Assembly (NCBI GenBank): GCA_963764165.1
Contig: CAVXRD010000004.1
Location: 704,001 to 768,000 of the forward strand
Reading direction: 5' to 3'
From: an uncultured Verrucomicrobiae bacterium
Lineage (GTDB): Bacteria > Verrucomicrobiota > Verrucomicrobiia > Limisphaerales > Palsa-1400
DNA length: 64,000 bases
The notes under the pieces were generated by a model. It did no database searches. It had not been told where the DNA came from and worked only from the letters and a program-made list of their open reading frames with translations. Position numbers and translations under genes: made by a program. Of the stretch, positions 20,671 to 32,549 are shown in pieces. The number at the start of each line of letters is the position of its first letter. Position 1 is the first letter of the stretch.

Positions 20671-22413
20671 ATGGCCGAAGATTCTCAAGGCATTAAGCGC
20701 CCAAGACGCTGGGATGTTCCATTCCAAAGCGAGTTGGCGGAGACGGCGGCCAATCCGATGTCCGAACAGGACGTGGAGCGGTTGATGCAAATCCCTCTTT
20801 TTAAGAAGATGGATCCGAATCGTTTCCCGCCGACCACGCCGTTGCGCGACATTCTTATCAACGACGGCCGGTTGCGCCGTTTCAAATCCGGGGACATTAT
20901 AGTCCGCCAAGGGGACTATGGAAATTCGGCCTTCATTGTGCTTTCTGGTTCGGCGACTGTCGTTCTCGACAAACTCGGAGACGAAGTCACTGGGCGCAAG
21001 CAGCCGACCCGCAAAAGCTTTTTCGACGCCCTGGCGCAGTTGTGGACCAACCCTAAACTGCCTGAAGTTCGCAACCTGACGGAACGCCGCGCTCCGCGGC
21101 CGGTTGGCCAGACGGACATCATCCCCAAGTCCGAAGCGGTGTTCGTCCAAGACATCAACGTCATCATCAAGGACAAGAAAAAAGTGAACTTGCCGGCGGG
21201 CGAATTGTTCGGTGAAATCGCCGCCCTAAGCCGCACGCCGCGCACGACGACCGTGATCGCCGGCGCCGATTCGGAGATGCTGGAGATTCGATGGCAAGGA
21301 TTGCGGGAAATCCGAATGCATGCCCCGCAATTCAAAGCGTACGTGGACAAACTCTACCGCGATAACAGCCTTATAAATCATCTGCGCGAAACCGCGATGT
21401 TCAGCCGTCTGGACGACGCGGCCTTGGAGCGCGTCGCCGCCTCGACCGAGTTCCTGACGTTTGGAAATTTTGAATGGTATGCCGCCTACTCAAAAATTCG
21501 CGAGGCCACCGCTTCGGAACGAATCCACGAAGAGCCCATTGTCGCGCAGGAAGGCCATTATCCCAACGGCGTTTACCTGATACGCAGCGGATTCGCCCGC
21601 TTGAGCGAAGCGTATAATAATGTCGAACGCACTGTCAGCTATTTGGGTCGCGGACAGACGTTTGGTTTTGAGGAAGCCGCGACAAATTGGAAGAAAAAGT
21701 CGGATGTGCCATTTCAGCGCACGCTCCGGGCGGTCGGCTATGTGGACGTTTTGTTTGTGCCAACGTCCGTCCTGGAACAGCATGTTTTCCCAACGATTCC
21801 CGCCGCTGAGATTCCGCAGGTGGAAGAGCGCGCTGGCAGCCGCGGATGGAGCCCGGAAAGCCCCGACACGAAAATCAGCAGCGAGATGATGGAATTCGTC
21901 GTTGAGCAGAGGTTCATCAACGGAACCGCTGCCATGATCATCGACATGGAGCGCTGCACGCGCTGCGACGATTGCGTCAGAGCCTGCGCCGCCACGCATG
22001 ACAATAATCCGCGCTTCCTGCGGCATGGGCCTATTCAAGACGGGTTCATGATCGCCAACGCCTGCATGCACTGCCAGGATCCTGTCTGCATGATTGGATG
22101 CCCCACTGGAGCGATCCACCGCGAATCCGCGCATGGCCGCGTCGTTATCAACGATCAGACTTGCATCGGATGCGCCACCTGCGCGAATAGTTGCCCTTAC
22201 AATAATATTCAAATGGTGACCGCGCGAAATAAAGATGGCCGCCCTTTTTTCGACCAAGCCACGAATCAACCAATTCAGAAGGCTGCCAAATGCGACCTTT
22301 GTTCAACGCAGATCACCGGCCCGGCGTGCGCCAACGCCTGCCCGCATGACGCTCTTGTCCGGATGGATATGAGGAGCGTCGACAAATTGGCGGAATGGAC
22401 GGGCCGCCGATGA
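20671..22413 (+). CDS. Tandem cyclic-nucleotide-binding domains fused to a DmsB/NrfC-like 4x[4Fe-4S] ferredoxin
   Basis: RQGDYGNSAFIVLSG...FGEIAALSRTPRTTTV; second domain QEGHYPNGVYLIRSG; CTRCDDCVRAC, CMHCQDPVCMIGCP, CIGCATCANSCP, CDLC..PACANACP. Confidence 0.9.
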   Translation: MAEDSQGIKRPRRWDVPFQSELAETAANPMSEQDVERLMQIPLFKKMDPNRFPPTTPLRDILINDGRLRRFKSGDIIVRQGDYGNSAFIVLSGSATVVLDKLGDEVTGRKQPTRKSFFDALAQLWTNPKLPEVRNLTERRAPRPVGQTDIIPKSEAVFVQDINVIIKDKKKVNLPAGELFGEIAALSRTPRTTTVIAGADSEMLEIRWQGLREIRMHAPQFKAYVDKLYRDNSLINHLRETAMFSRLDDAALERVAASTEFLTFGNFEWYAAYSKIREATASERIHEEPIVAQEGHYPNGVYLIRSGFARLSEAYNNVERTVSYLGRGQTFGFEEAATNWKKKSDVPFQRTLRAVGYVDVLFVPTSVLEQHVFPTIPAAEIPQVEERAGSRGWSPESPDTKISSEMMEFVVEQRFINGTAAMIIDMERCTRCDDCVRACAATHDNNPRFLRHGPIQDGFMIANACMHCQDPVCMIGCPTGAIHRESAHGRVVINDQTCIGCATCANSCPYNNIQMVTARNKDGRPFFDQATNQPIQKAAKCDLCSTQITGPACANACPHDALVRMDMRSVDKLAEWTGRR

Positions 22414-23219
22414 CGCTCGTCGCGCGCCGATATCTTGGCTGGGGGGTTTTGCTGGCGGCTGCTGGCGCTGCATGGCTTGGAGATTTTGCTTTGCGGGTTC
22501 ATTTGCGGCGGAGCGAGCTGCGGACCGGCGTCGCCCTTTTCGCGACAGTCATTTTATTGACGCTTTTCAACGCGCGGAAAAAGCTGCCCTTCCTCCCGCT
22601 GCTTCGCGCTTCCACATGGATGCAAATTCATATTTACGCGGGGTTGTTTAGCTGCGTTTTGTTCGCGCTCCACGTCGGGTGGAGATTTCCGCGCGGCACC
22701 CTTGAGACGGTCCTCGCGGTGCTGTTTTGTTTGGTGTCGGCTAGCGGCGTGGTTGGGCTGGTGCTTTCCCGGCGGTTGCCTTCCCAGCTTAATACCTCTG
22801 GGGAAAACGTCATATTTGAGCGAATCCCGGCCTTGCGCGCGGCGCTGAGGAGCGAAGTGGAAGCGTTAGTTCTCGAATCCGTCGCTAAAACTCAATCCTC
22901 CACCATCGCGGATTTCTACCAGCTTAAGCTGCAAGGCTATTTTGCCCGCCAGCGCCATGTCTGGCAGCACGTCGCCGGATACGATAAACCAATCTTCAAA
23001 CTGGTTTCCGAAGTGCAGGCGCTCGATCGCTATCTAAACCTGGAGGAGCGTGGCATCATGACATCTGTGCTGGAGAAAGTTTTGGCCAAAAACCACCTGG
23101 ATGTCCAACTCGCCCGGCAAGGCCTGCTCAAAGGCTGGCTCTTTGTGCACATCCCACTCACCTACTCAATGATTCTCGTGGCAACAGTGCACGGGTTCGT
23201 GGCGTGGAAACTTTCATGA
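22410..23219 (+). CDS. Integral membrane protein with four intramembrane His (putative diheme cytochrome b / ferric-reductase-like TM domain)
   Basis: Several hydrophobic helices; WMQIHIYAG, FALHVG, WLFVHIPL, ATVHGF; ATGA overlap with upstream gene. Confidence 0.65.
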   Translation: MTLVARRYLGWGVLLAAAGAAWLGDFALRVHLRRSELRTGVALFATVILLTLFNARKKLPFLPLLRASTWMQIHIYAGLFSCVLFALHVGWRFPRGTLETVLAVLFCLVSASGVVGLVLSRRLPSQLNTSGENVIFERIPALRAALRSEVEALVLESVAKTQSSTIADFYQLKLQGYFARQRHVWQHVAGYDKPIFKLVSEVQALDRYLNLEERGIMTSVLEKVLAKNHLDVQLARQGLLKGWLFVHIPLTYSMILVATVHGFVAWKLS

Positions 23220-23229
23220 GGCTTCCCTG

Positions 23230-25367
23230 ATGCGCCGCCTCCAGGAATTCGGTTTCGAACAGAGCTCTTACGAGCGGCCCAATCAAAAGTGGATCTGCGG
23301 GCGCGCATGCGAGGGCAAATGCTGCCTGGCCGGGCCGGATGCCAAGGGCAACTGCAACGCTTCCGCCGAATGCCGCCCCTTGCGAAAGGGCGACCGCTGG
23401 CAATGCGCGCGCCCGGCATTTCTTGGCGGCCCGTGCGCCGACGGCCCGCTGCCGGATGGCAAATGCTGCCGGGCCATTCCCAAATGCACACCGATTCGCA
23501 GCTTGCGTTCCTGGCGGGGAATTGCGGTCTCTCTCGTTGTGGCCATCACACTGGGATTTCTCTTGCTTGCCTTCGGCTCGCGGCGTGGAAGCCAAGTGCT
23601 CTCCCCTGGTGAGCTCACATTTTCGCACAGCTTCATGGGCGACGATTGCACAAGCTGCCATGGCGCGGCGGGCGGGCGTCCGGCCGCTTGGGGGGCGGTG
23701 ACAGCAGGCTCGATAGGAGCCCACGACAACAGCGCGCTTTGCCTCAACTGCCACAGCGTTGGCGCCGCGCCTCTCCAGCCGCACTCCTTATCGTCTGCGC
23801 AGCTGCAAAGCTTGAATCGTTCGCTTGTCAATCGGGACGGGTCGGGCAAGCCCCCCCTCACCTTGGCGCTGGCATCATTTGTGTCGCACCCGAATCCGCA
23901 CGGCGAAGAGGGCGCCGCAGGCCTCGCATGCGCATCCTGCCACAAGGAGCATCGCGGAAAGGATGCGGATCTCCGGAAACTTTCCAACGATCAATGCCAG
24001 AACTGCCACGCCACTCAATTCAAGAACTTTGCCAGCGGACATCCGCCATTTTCCCACTATCCCACGACCCGCCGCACGCGCATCATCTTCGACCATCTGT
24101 CTCATTTGAACACGCATTTTAAGGATGCGTCTGTGGCGAAATTCGCTCCCGGCTCCTGCCTGGATTGCCACCAAACCGACCTGCGGGGCCAAACAATGGT
24201 CGTCAAATCGTTTGAAGCAGCGTGCGCGTCCTGCCATGACGACCAGATCAAGGGCAAATCCGCTGTCAAGACTGGTATCCCGTTCATTAACATTCCTCGC
24301 ATGGACGACCGCGCGCTCTCTGGCGAATTTTCCATTGGCGAATGGCCCGAAGATGCGGATCAGCCAATTACGCCGTTTTTGCGATTTCTTCTTTCGTCCG
24401 ATCCAGCGATGCGCGATTCCCTGGCGAAACTCAAGGGAACTGATCTTTCAAATTTGCCAAAGACCAATGCGGTAATATTGAAAGCCGCCCAGACGGTCGC
24501 TTGGGGCGTGAAATCACTCATCCTCGATCTCGAAACGCAGGGGCAGCCTGAGATGGTGAAGCGCGCCGCCTCGTCCTTGAATCGCACACTTTCCGATCAC
24601 GAAATTGAGGGGCTCGTGGCATTTCTCGGCACAGAATCGCTGCGGGCCGCGTTCCAATCAGCCTTTCCGAATCTGCAAAAGGAACTTCTCGATTACCGCA
24701 AGAACTCAAAGCCCGCCGCGACGAAATTGGTATCGTCACCAGAATTGGCGGCTCCCGGTCCGATTAAGCCTCCGCCCGCAGATGTGCAGGTGGGACAAGG
24801 CGGTTGGTATAGCGCGGATGGTTCGTTCACGCTATCCTACCACCCGCGCGGACACGCAGACCGTTTTCTCAGCTCGTGGATGAGCTTGACGGTGGACGCC
24901 AGCAAGACGACTGATCCGGCGAGCGCGAGTGCGCTCTTTAACGACCTTTCCGCGCCGAAGGCGGTTGGCCTCTGCGCCAAGTGCCATAGCATTGACGATG
25001 CGCCAGTGAAATTGGTCAATTGGATGCCGCTGGAACCCGATCAAACAGAGCACGGTTTCACCCGCTTCGCGCATTCGCCACACCTCAGTTTGCTCGACAA
25101 CAGGGGATGTTTGACTTGCCATTCGTGGGCGACATCAGATGGAACGGGCAAAGATTCCTACGCCGCCGCATTCGATCCAGGCCAGCGCGATCCTTCCATA
25201 TTTCACAGCAATTTTCAAACGATCGACAAATCCCGGTGCGCGAGCTGCCACCAGCCCCACCAAGTGCGTGAGGATTGCCTGCTCTGCCACAATTATCACA
25301 TCGGAAACTTCAAGCCCGTCGTGGCTCACGCAAAGTTCATTCCCGCCACGCCCGCCAGAATTGCTAA

Positions 25368-25371
<4 letters not shown>
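23230..25371 (+). CDS. Membrane-anchored decaheme c-type cytochrome with Cys-rich N-terminal domain
   Basis: 11 Cys before a TM helix, then ten CxxCH (CTSCH, CLNCH, CASCH, CQNCH, CLDCH, CASCH, CAKCH, CLTCH, CASCH, CLLCH). Confidence 0.88.
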
Positions 25372-28067
<2,696 letters not shown>

Positions 28068-28243
28068 TGGGGGGGTGCAAACGATTGAGTTACAAAGAGG
28101 TTAAATCCCAGCGAATCTCAGACCGATCCTCCATTCGATTTGCTCTTTGGCCAAATCTGGCAAGGTTCGCGTGTTTTAATGAGCGCCTGGAGATATTTCG
28201 GAACGGCAATTTTAAACTTCACACATGCAACAACTTACATCGC

Positions 28244-28312
28244 ATGGCGGAAGGGGTTGTTTCCGCGCCCCTTTTGTCATTTAATGATCCGGGCCATAAG
28301 GCACGATTCGCC
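28244..28312 (+). repeat. Copy 3 of ~70-bp dispersed repeat, running into the XRE HTH reading frame
   Basis: Match to copies 1 and 2; encodes FPRPFCHLMIRAIRHDSP. Confidence 0.85.
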
Positions 28313-28496
28313 TCCGCCCTCCGAGTTCATTTCCAAGTTACTGTTAGATAAACGGTTGCACGCGAATCTTACGCAGAAACAACTCGCTTCCAAACTTGGA
28401 GTCAGTGTTAAAACGGTAAAGAATTGGGAATCCGGTCGCACGAAGCCCGGCTTGGAAATCCGGCGCGAGCTCATGCATTTCTTCTGCGATGCATGA
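28284..28496 (+). CDS. XRE-family helix-turn-helix protein (start uncertain)
   Basis: KRLHANLTQKQLASKLGVSVKTVKNWESGRTKP. Confidence 0.7.
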   Translation: MIRAIRHDSPPPSEFISKLLLDKRLHANLTQKQLASKLGVSVKTVKNWESGRTKPGLEIRRELMHFFCDA

Positions 28497-28979
28497 TCAT
28501 CCTCCGTCGAGAATCCATGCATTCGGCATAGAAATTCGCCCGGCTTGGCCAAAGTTCAATGCGTTGCAAAAATTGAAACAGAAGCTTTTGCGCGCAGTCC
28601 ACCATCCGTCGTGCGCGATGTTGCCTTTTTGCGACCGCACCGTAAGGGCTTTGACGAGTCGGCTCGGGTCTTGCACCTCAGCTCCGCCGGCCTGCCGACC
28701 TGCTTCCCGCACCACTTTGCCCAGCACCGTACGCGCGTCATAGAGTCGCAGACAGCGGCAGGTGTGCGATCCCGATTCGCAAAAGAGGCGTACAACCGGC
28801 GGGCTTTTAATCGCTCGCTGCACTGTTGGTCAAAAAATCGGCCGAACTTCTAAAAAGAAGTTCAGCCAGACAACAATCGGTCTGAGATTGCCGCCGCGTT
28901 TGATCTGCAAAAAATGCAGAAATGCAGGCATTCGGCCCGCTCAGTTACTTAATCGGCGGATTTAAAATAAACTTTAGGG

Positions 28980-31499
28980 CTAAATTTCTGGTGCACGCTC
29001 AATGGCCGCACGCTTGCCGATATTCTTAATTGCGCTCGCAAGTGCCTTTTGTTTGTCTTCCTCAAATGCCGCCGAAACAGCGGGCATAATGTCGTCGGCG
29101 TCATTCAGTAAGAATTCACCCTTTTCGCGGGCTTCATCTGTCTGAAGATACCGGACAAAAGCGGTCGCACGATCCAGTCGCGACGTCATCCGGTTTCGAC
29201 GTTCAACATTCGTTCCCGCAATCCGTTCACTAACAGCAGCTTTGCAGAAGGAATGATAAAGGCTTTCGTCTGCCAAGCCGCAATCCAACGAAACCATTTC
29301 CAAATACGTAAACGTCCGGGAAAGATGTTCCAGCATATAAATACCGAACGCGGTTATTCGAATCTCATCAGCGTAAATTAATTCTTTACCGTCGGTCCCA
29401 GCTTTTTCAACCGAATACGAATCCAAGCGGTTATTGGCTTCAACAAGCCCATGACGCAAAAGCACATCAAGCGCAGATTCGCAGTCCTGGCGCATTCCGA
29501 ATTTACTTTCGAATTCGTCGATCAGACCATCCACGCGCCAATACCCACCCGAATCTGGCGACATTCCGGTGCCATGTCTTAACATCCGCAAAAGCCGAAC
29601 CGTTGTGAAATGTGAACCGTGCTGGGGCGTTCTACATTGATAAATGTTCGGTATTAAGCTCTTATTCTCGTCGTAATTAAACCTTTGTGGCACCATCATC
29701 GGCTTAATTACTTGATGGCTGATCACCGTCCAGTGAATGTTGTTAATCATCTCTTCCACATGGGTATATCCTGAGGATACAAACTGACCGAAAAACTCCA
29801 GGGCAAGACGCGTGTTATCGCGGGAGCATTCTTCGAGAAACCGCCTGAATGCGTTGTTCCTGTCGCGAAACTGGAGCAGGCACGCAATAAAAAACTTCTT
29901 TAGTTCTTCAAAGGGAGCGTCTTCAGGAAGAGTCTCTAATATGCTGGTGCGCCCCTGCGCCGCAAGGTCCGTGATTACCATCCGAATTCTTTTCGTGAAG
30001 ACGCCTGCCAAATCTGGCGCGGCGAGATGATACCCTGCATTCTGATACGCGTCCAACACCCCCACCGTTCGCGCCCGACAATATCGCTCTTCCCGCATAG
30101 AGATAATCCCGACACACTCTAATTCTCGAGAAATGTTCTGCGCCAAGAGAAAACAATGATCCTGCAAAACGGGCGGAAGTTGATCCGTGTTGTCAAAAGC
30201 AATGATCAGCTTCTTGCCATTCCGAAGCCAGTAATTTTTGAGTCGCTGAGCCACATAAACTTTGTCTTCCTTCCATTTGACAGCCAATGCATTCCGCGCG
30301 CGAATGAAGCCTCCACTTCCCATTCCGTACCCAGCAAGCTCCTGTTTCTTAGCAATCTCAAATTTATCTTCAAAAAGCTGCAAAAGACTCTCCATTGAAC
30401 CATCCAATAGCCCGTCCTGATCTAAGGCAATAGTAATTTTGTTCCAAATGTATGTTGTTAGATCATTTTTTTCCTGTGGGGCCCGAAGGCAATCGACAAT
30501 GATTGGAAAGCCACGAAGCACCAGCTGTGTTGGCGCATCGTGATATAGCAATCGCCTTAAAAACGTCGATTTCCCGGCTCCTTTGCCTCCATATAATATT
30601 AAAACCTCGCCGCCGGAATTCCTTTGAAGTGACCGTGCGATTCGGTCACTCAATTTTCCACCCGTTCTCACATTCGCAATATTCTCGGCCCCATCGGCTT
30701 TGAAAAAAGTTGTTAGATCGTCCGTTAGCCGTGTTTTCATTCCTTGCTCAACTTGCCGCGTTCCACGGGCAAAGACGTAACAATGATCCATCATTCTTTT
30801 GTCAGTGGAGGCTATTTCTCCAAAATATTTTCGGGAAATCGGCTCAAGGAATTTTGCAAATGGGTTCTTCTGTACGGTGGCATCATAGTGTGTGATACCA
30901 TTTTTTGCATAATATAACTCACGACCGACGTCCCGCCCGAAACCAAAGGCCAACTGAAGTGAACGGTCACTCGTTATTGCCTGGCACCCAAGGAGGTTAT
31001 AAGCCTCTGTAAATTTATCAGAAAAAAAGGCTAAATCGTATATTACCAAGGCGTCGGCATCCATGAAATGCTTTCCAGGAATGAAACTCCGAAAAATTAT
31101 AAACTCGTGGCCATTCGTCACACATGCGTATTGGCATCCGATGTCTGGACAATATTGCGCTGCCTGCTGTACTGCACTGGCAGTGCTTGCGTCGGTCGCA
31201 AGTGTCCGCAGGCGAACCGTCCGAACATCGTGCCGTTGTTTACCCGCCCTGGTTGGCAATTTGAAATAGTCGCCCTCTCTTTTCGCCTCGATTAGCAAAA
31301 CGGAACGATCAGCTTTGTCGCGTAAGACATAATCGATGTAACCGGGATGCACATGCTGCTCGCACTTTACGCTTTCGCGAGGCCAAGCCAGAACTTCATG
31401 CAAAAGAGGATCAACGATCTGGTGTCTCGTGTCGGCTTCATTAAGGTCACGAGTGCCAAATTTTTTTACAAGCTCCGCAGCGATTTCCCGTCCCGTCAT
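28980..31499 (-). CDS. HsdR_N-like restriction-endonuclease domain fused to a P-loop NTPase and probable winged helix; candidate defence protein
   Basis: NEADTR..IVDPLL..L.W, IDYVL, LIEAK, QAAQY, TNG; Walker A GGKGAGKST; Walker B IIAFDNTDQ. Confidence 0.75.
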   Translation of the reverse strand: MTGREIAAELVKKFGTRDLNEADTRHQIVDPLLHEVLAWPRESVKCEQHVHPGYIDYVLRDKADRSVLLIEAKREGDYFKLPTRAGKQRHDVRTVRLRTLATDASTASAVQQAAQYCPDIGCQYACVTNGHEFIIFRSFIPGKHFMDADALVIYDLAFFSDKFTEAYNLLGCQAITSDRSLQLAFGFGRDVGRELYYAKNGITHYDATVQKNPFAKFLEPISRKYFGEIASTDKRMMDHCYVFARGTRQVEQGMKTRLTDDLTTFFKADGAENIANVRTGGKLSDRIARSLQRNSGGEVLILYGGKGAGKSTFLRRLLYHDAPTQLVLRGFPIIVDCLRAPQEKNDLTTYIWNKITIALDQDGLLDGSMESLLQLFEDKFEIAKKQELAGYGMGSGGFIRARNALAVKWKEDKVYVAQRLKNYWLRNGKKLIIAFDNTDQLPPVLQDHCFLLAQNISRELECVGIISMREERYCRARTVGVLDAYQNAGYHLAAPDLAGVFTKRIRMVITDLAAQGRTSILETLPEDAPFEELKKFFIACLLQFRDRNNAFRRFLEECSRDNTRLALEFFGQFVSSGYTHVEEMINNIHWTVISHQVIKPMMVPQRFNYDENKSLIPNIYQCRTPQHGSHFTTVRLLRMLRHGTGMSPDSGGYWRVDGLIDEFESKFGMRQDCESALDVLLRHGLVEANNRLDSYSVEKAGTDGKELIYADEIRITAFGIYMLEHLSRTFTYLEMVSLDCGLADESLYHSFCKAAVSERIAGTNVERRNRMTSRLDRATAFVRYLQTDEAREKGEFLLNDADDIMPAVSAAFEEDKQKALASAIKNIGKRAAIERAPEI

Positions 31500-31605
31500 A
31501 TAGGATTATAGTCAGAATGGAAAACAATTCACAACGCCGGAAACGAAGTTTTTTGCAAGTTTCGTTCATAATTGAACCGAACTCCGGCCCTGGCCCCTCG
31601 ACCGC

Positions 31606-31768
31606 CGCCTCGCCGGGTTGGATGCGAATTCGGGTTTGTTCGCCGCGCCCTCGTCCCATTTTACCATCCGGTCAAGGTCGTTCCGGATCAGCCCGGTCGA
31701 AGGCGTTCCACCGCGCTCGCCCAGCCTTGACTTCGGACAATGCATCCAGAGGGCGGGCGGTGACCGTG
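31606..31768. repeat. Copy 1 of ~165-bp diverged direct repeat
   Basis: Shares exact blocks ATTCGGGTTTGTTCGCCGCGCCCTC and CAGCCCGGTCGAAGGCGTT with 34722-34887. Confidence 0.85.
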
Positions 31769-31799
31769 CCTCCTTTCCAGAATCCTCCCGCGCCTGGCG

Positions 31800-32086
31800 T
31801 GTGGTGGGTATACGTATGCGACGTTAAGAAACTTGATGCAGGGCGGGCGTCTCACAAGGAATTGGCGGAAATCGCCGTGGCCAAAACCGCCGCAGTCGAA
31901 CAAAATATCCGGACGGCGCAGCAACTGGCGAATTCGAGAGGAAACGTCGAAACGGTCGACTACGCCTCAGGAACAGCAAAACCGAGGTCAAGCGCTGGGG
32001 ACAGTGTATACGTCCAAGGCTACTATCGAAAGAATGGCACCTATGTGTCGTCGTATACCCGCAGCGCACCGTCACATCATCGTTAG
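31800..32086 (+). pseudogene. 3' gene remnant ending in a YV.GY.R.NGTYV..Y.RS basic motif
   Basis: SVYVQGYYRKNGTYVSSYTRSAP; the 5' part of the ORF is the unrelated repeat. Confidence 0.5.
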
Positions 32087-32089
32087 TGG

Positions 32090-32548
32090 TTATTGGCAGC
32101 TTGATGGAACCTTTACCAACGCCCCGGACCCGTCCCAAACGTATACTCGGAACGCCCGAGGCCAGCTCCGATAAATCAAAGAAATAGGATGCTTTGTTGG
32201 CGAAAACTTGAAATTCGCCATTGTTTTCATAGCGGACGTGTCATGTATGCTCGGATTTAAGGAGACGCCCGGATGCTTGTGCCAGTCTCCGACATAGTCA
32301 ATCTTCCCGTTCGATTCACGACTAACATTATCGCAAAACCTCTGAGCGTGCTCACCATCAATCGTTACACTGAAGCGCTCCAAAACCGACTTCGGCCCTG
32401 GACCGATTGCATCAACAACAATGAGCACACGGTTTTCGGTAACGTATCCCGCTAATGGCCCGCCAGTTTCAGTCCTCCACACCTTTCGAGCCTCAGTTTT
32501 GATAATATCGAGGCACTTTTTCAATATGATGACGCGGTCGAAATCCAT
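32090..32548 (-). CDS. JAB/JAMM (MPN+) metallo-isopeptidase, Cap3-like
   Basis: ETGG.L.G ... YVGDWHKHP...PS..D; ATG 1 nt after the E1 stop. Confidence 0.9.
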   Translation of the reverse strand: MDFDRVIILKKCLDIIKTEARKVWRTETGGPLAGYVTENRVLIVVDAIGPGPKSVLERFSVTIDGEHAQRFCDNVSRESNGKIDYVGDWHKHPGVSLNPSIHDTSAMKTMANFKFSPTKHPISLIYRSWPRAFRVYVWDGSGALVKVPSSCQ

Positions 32549-32549
32549 G

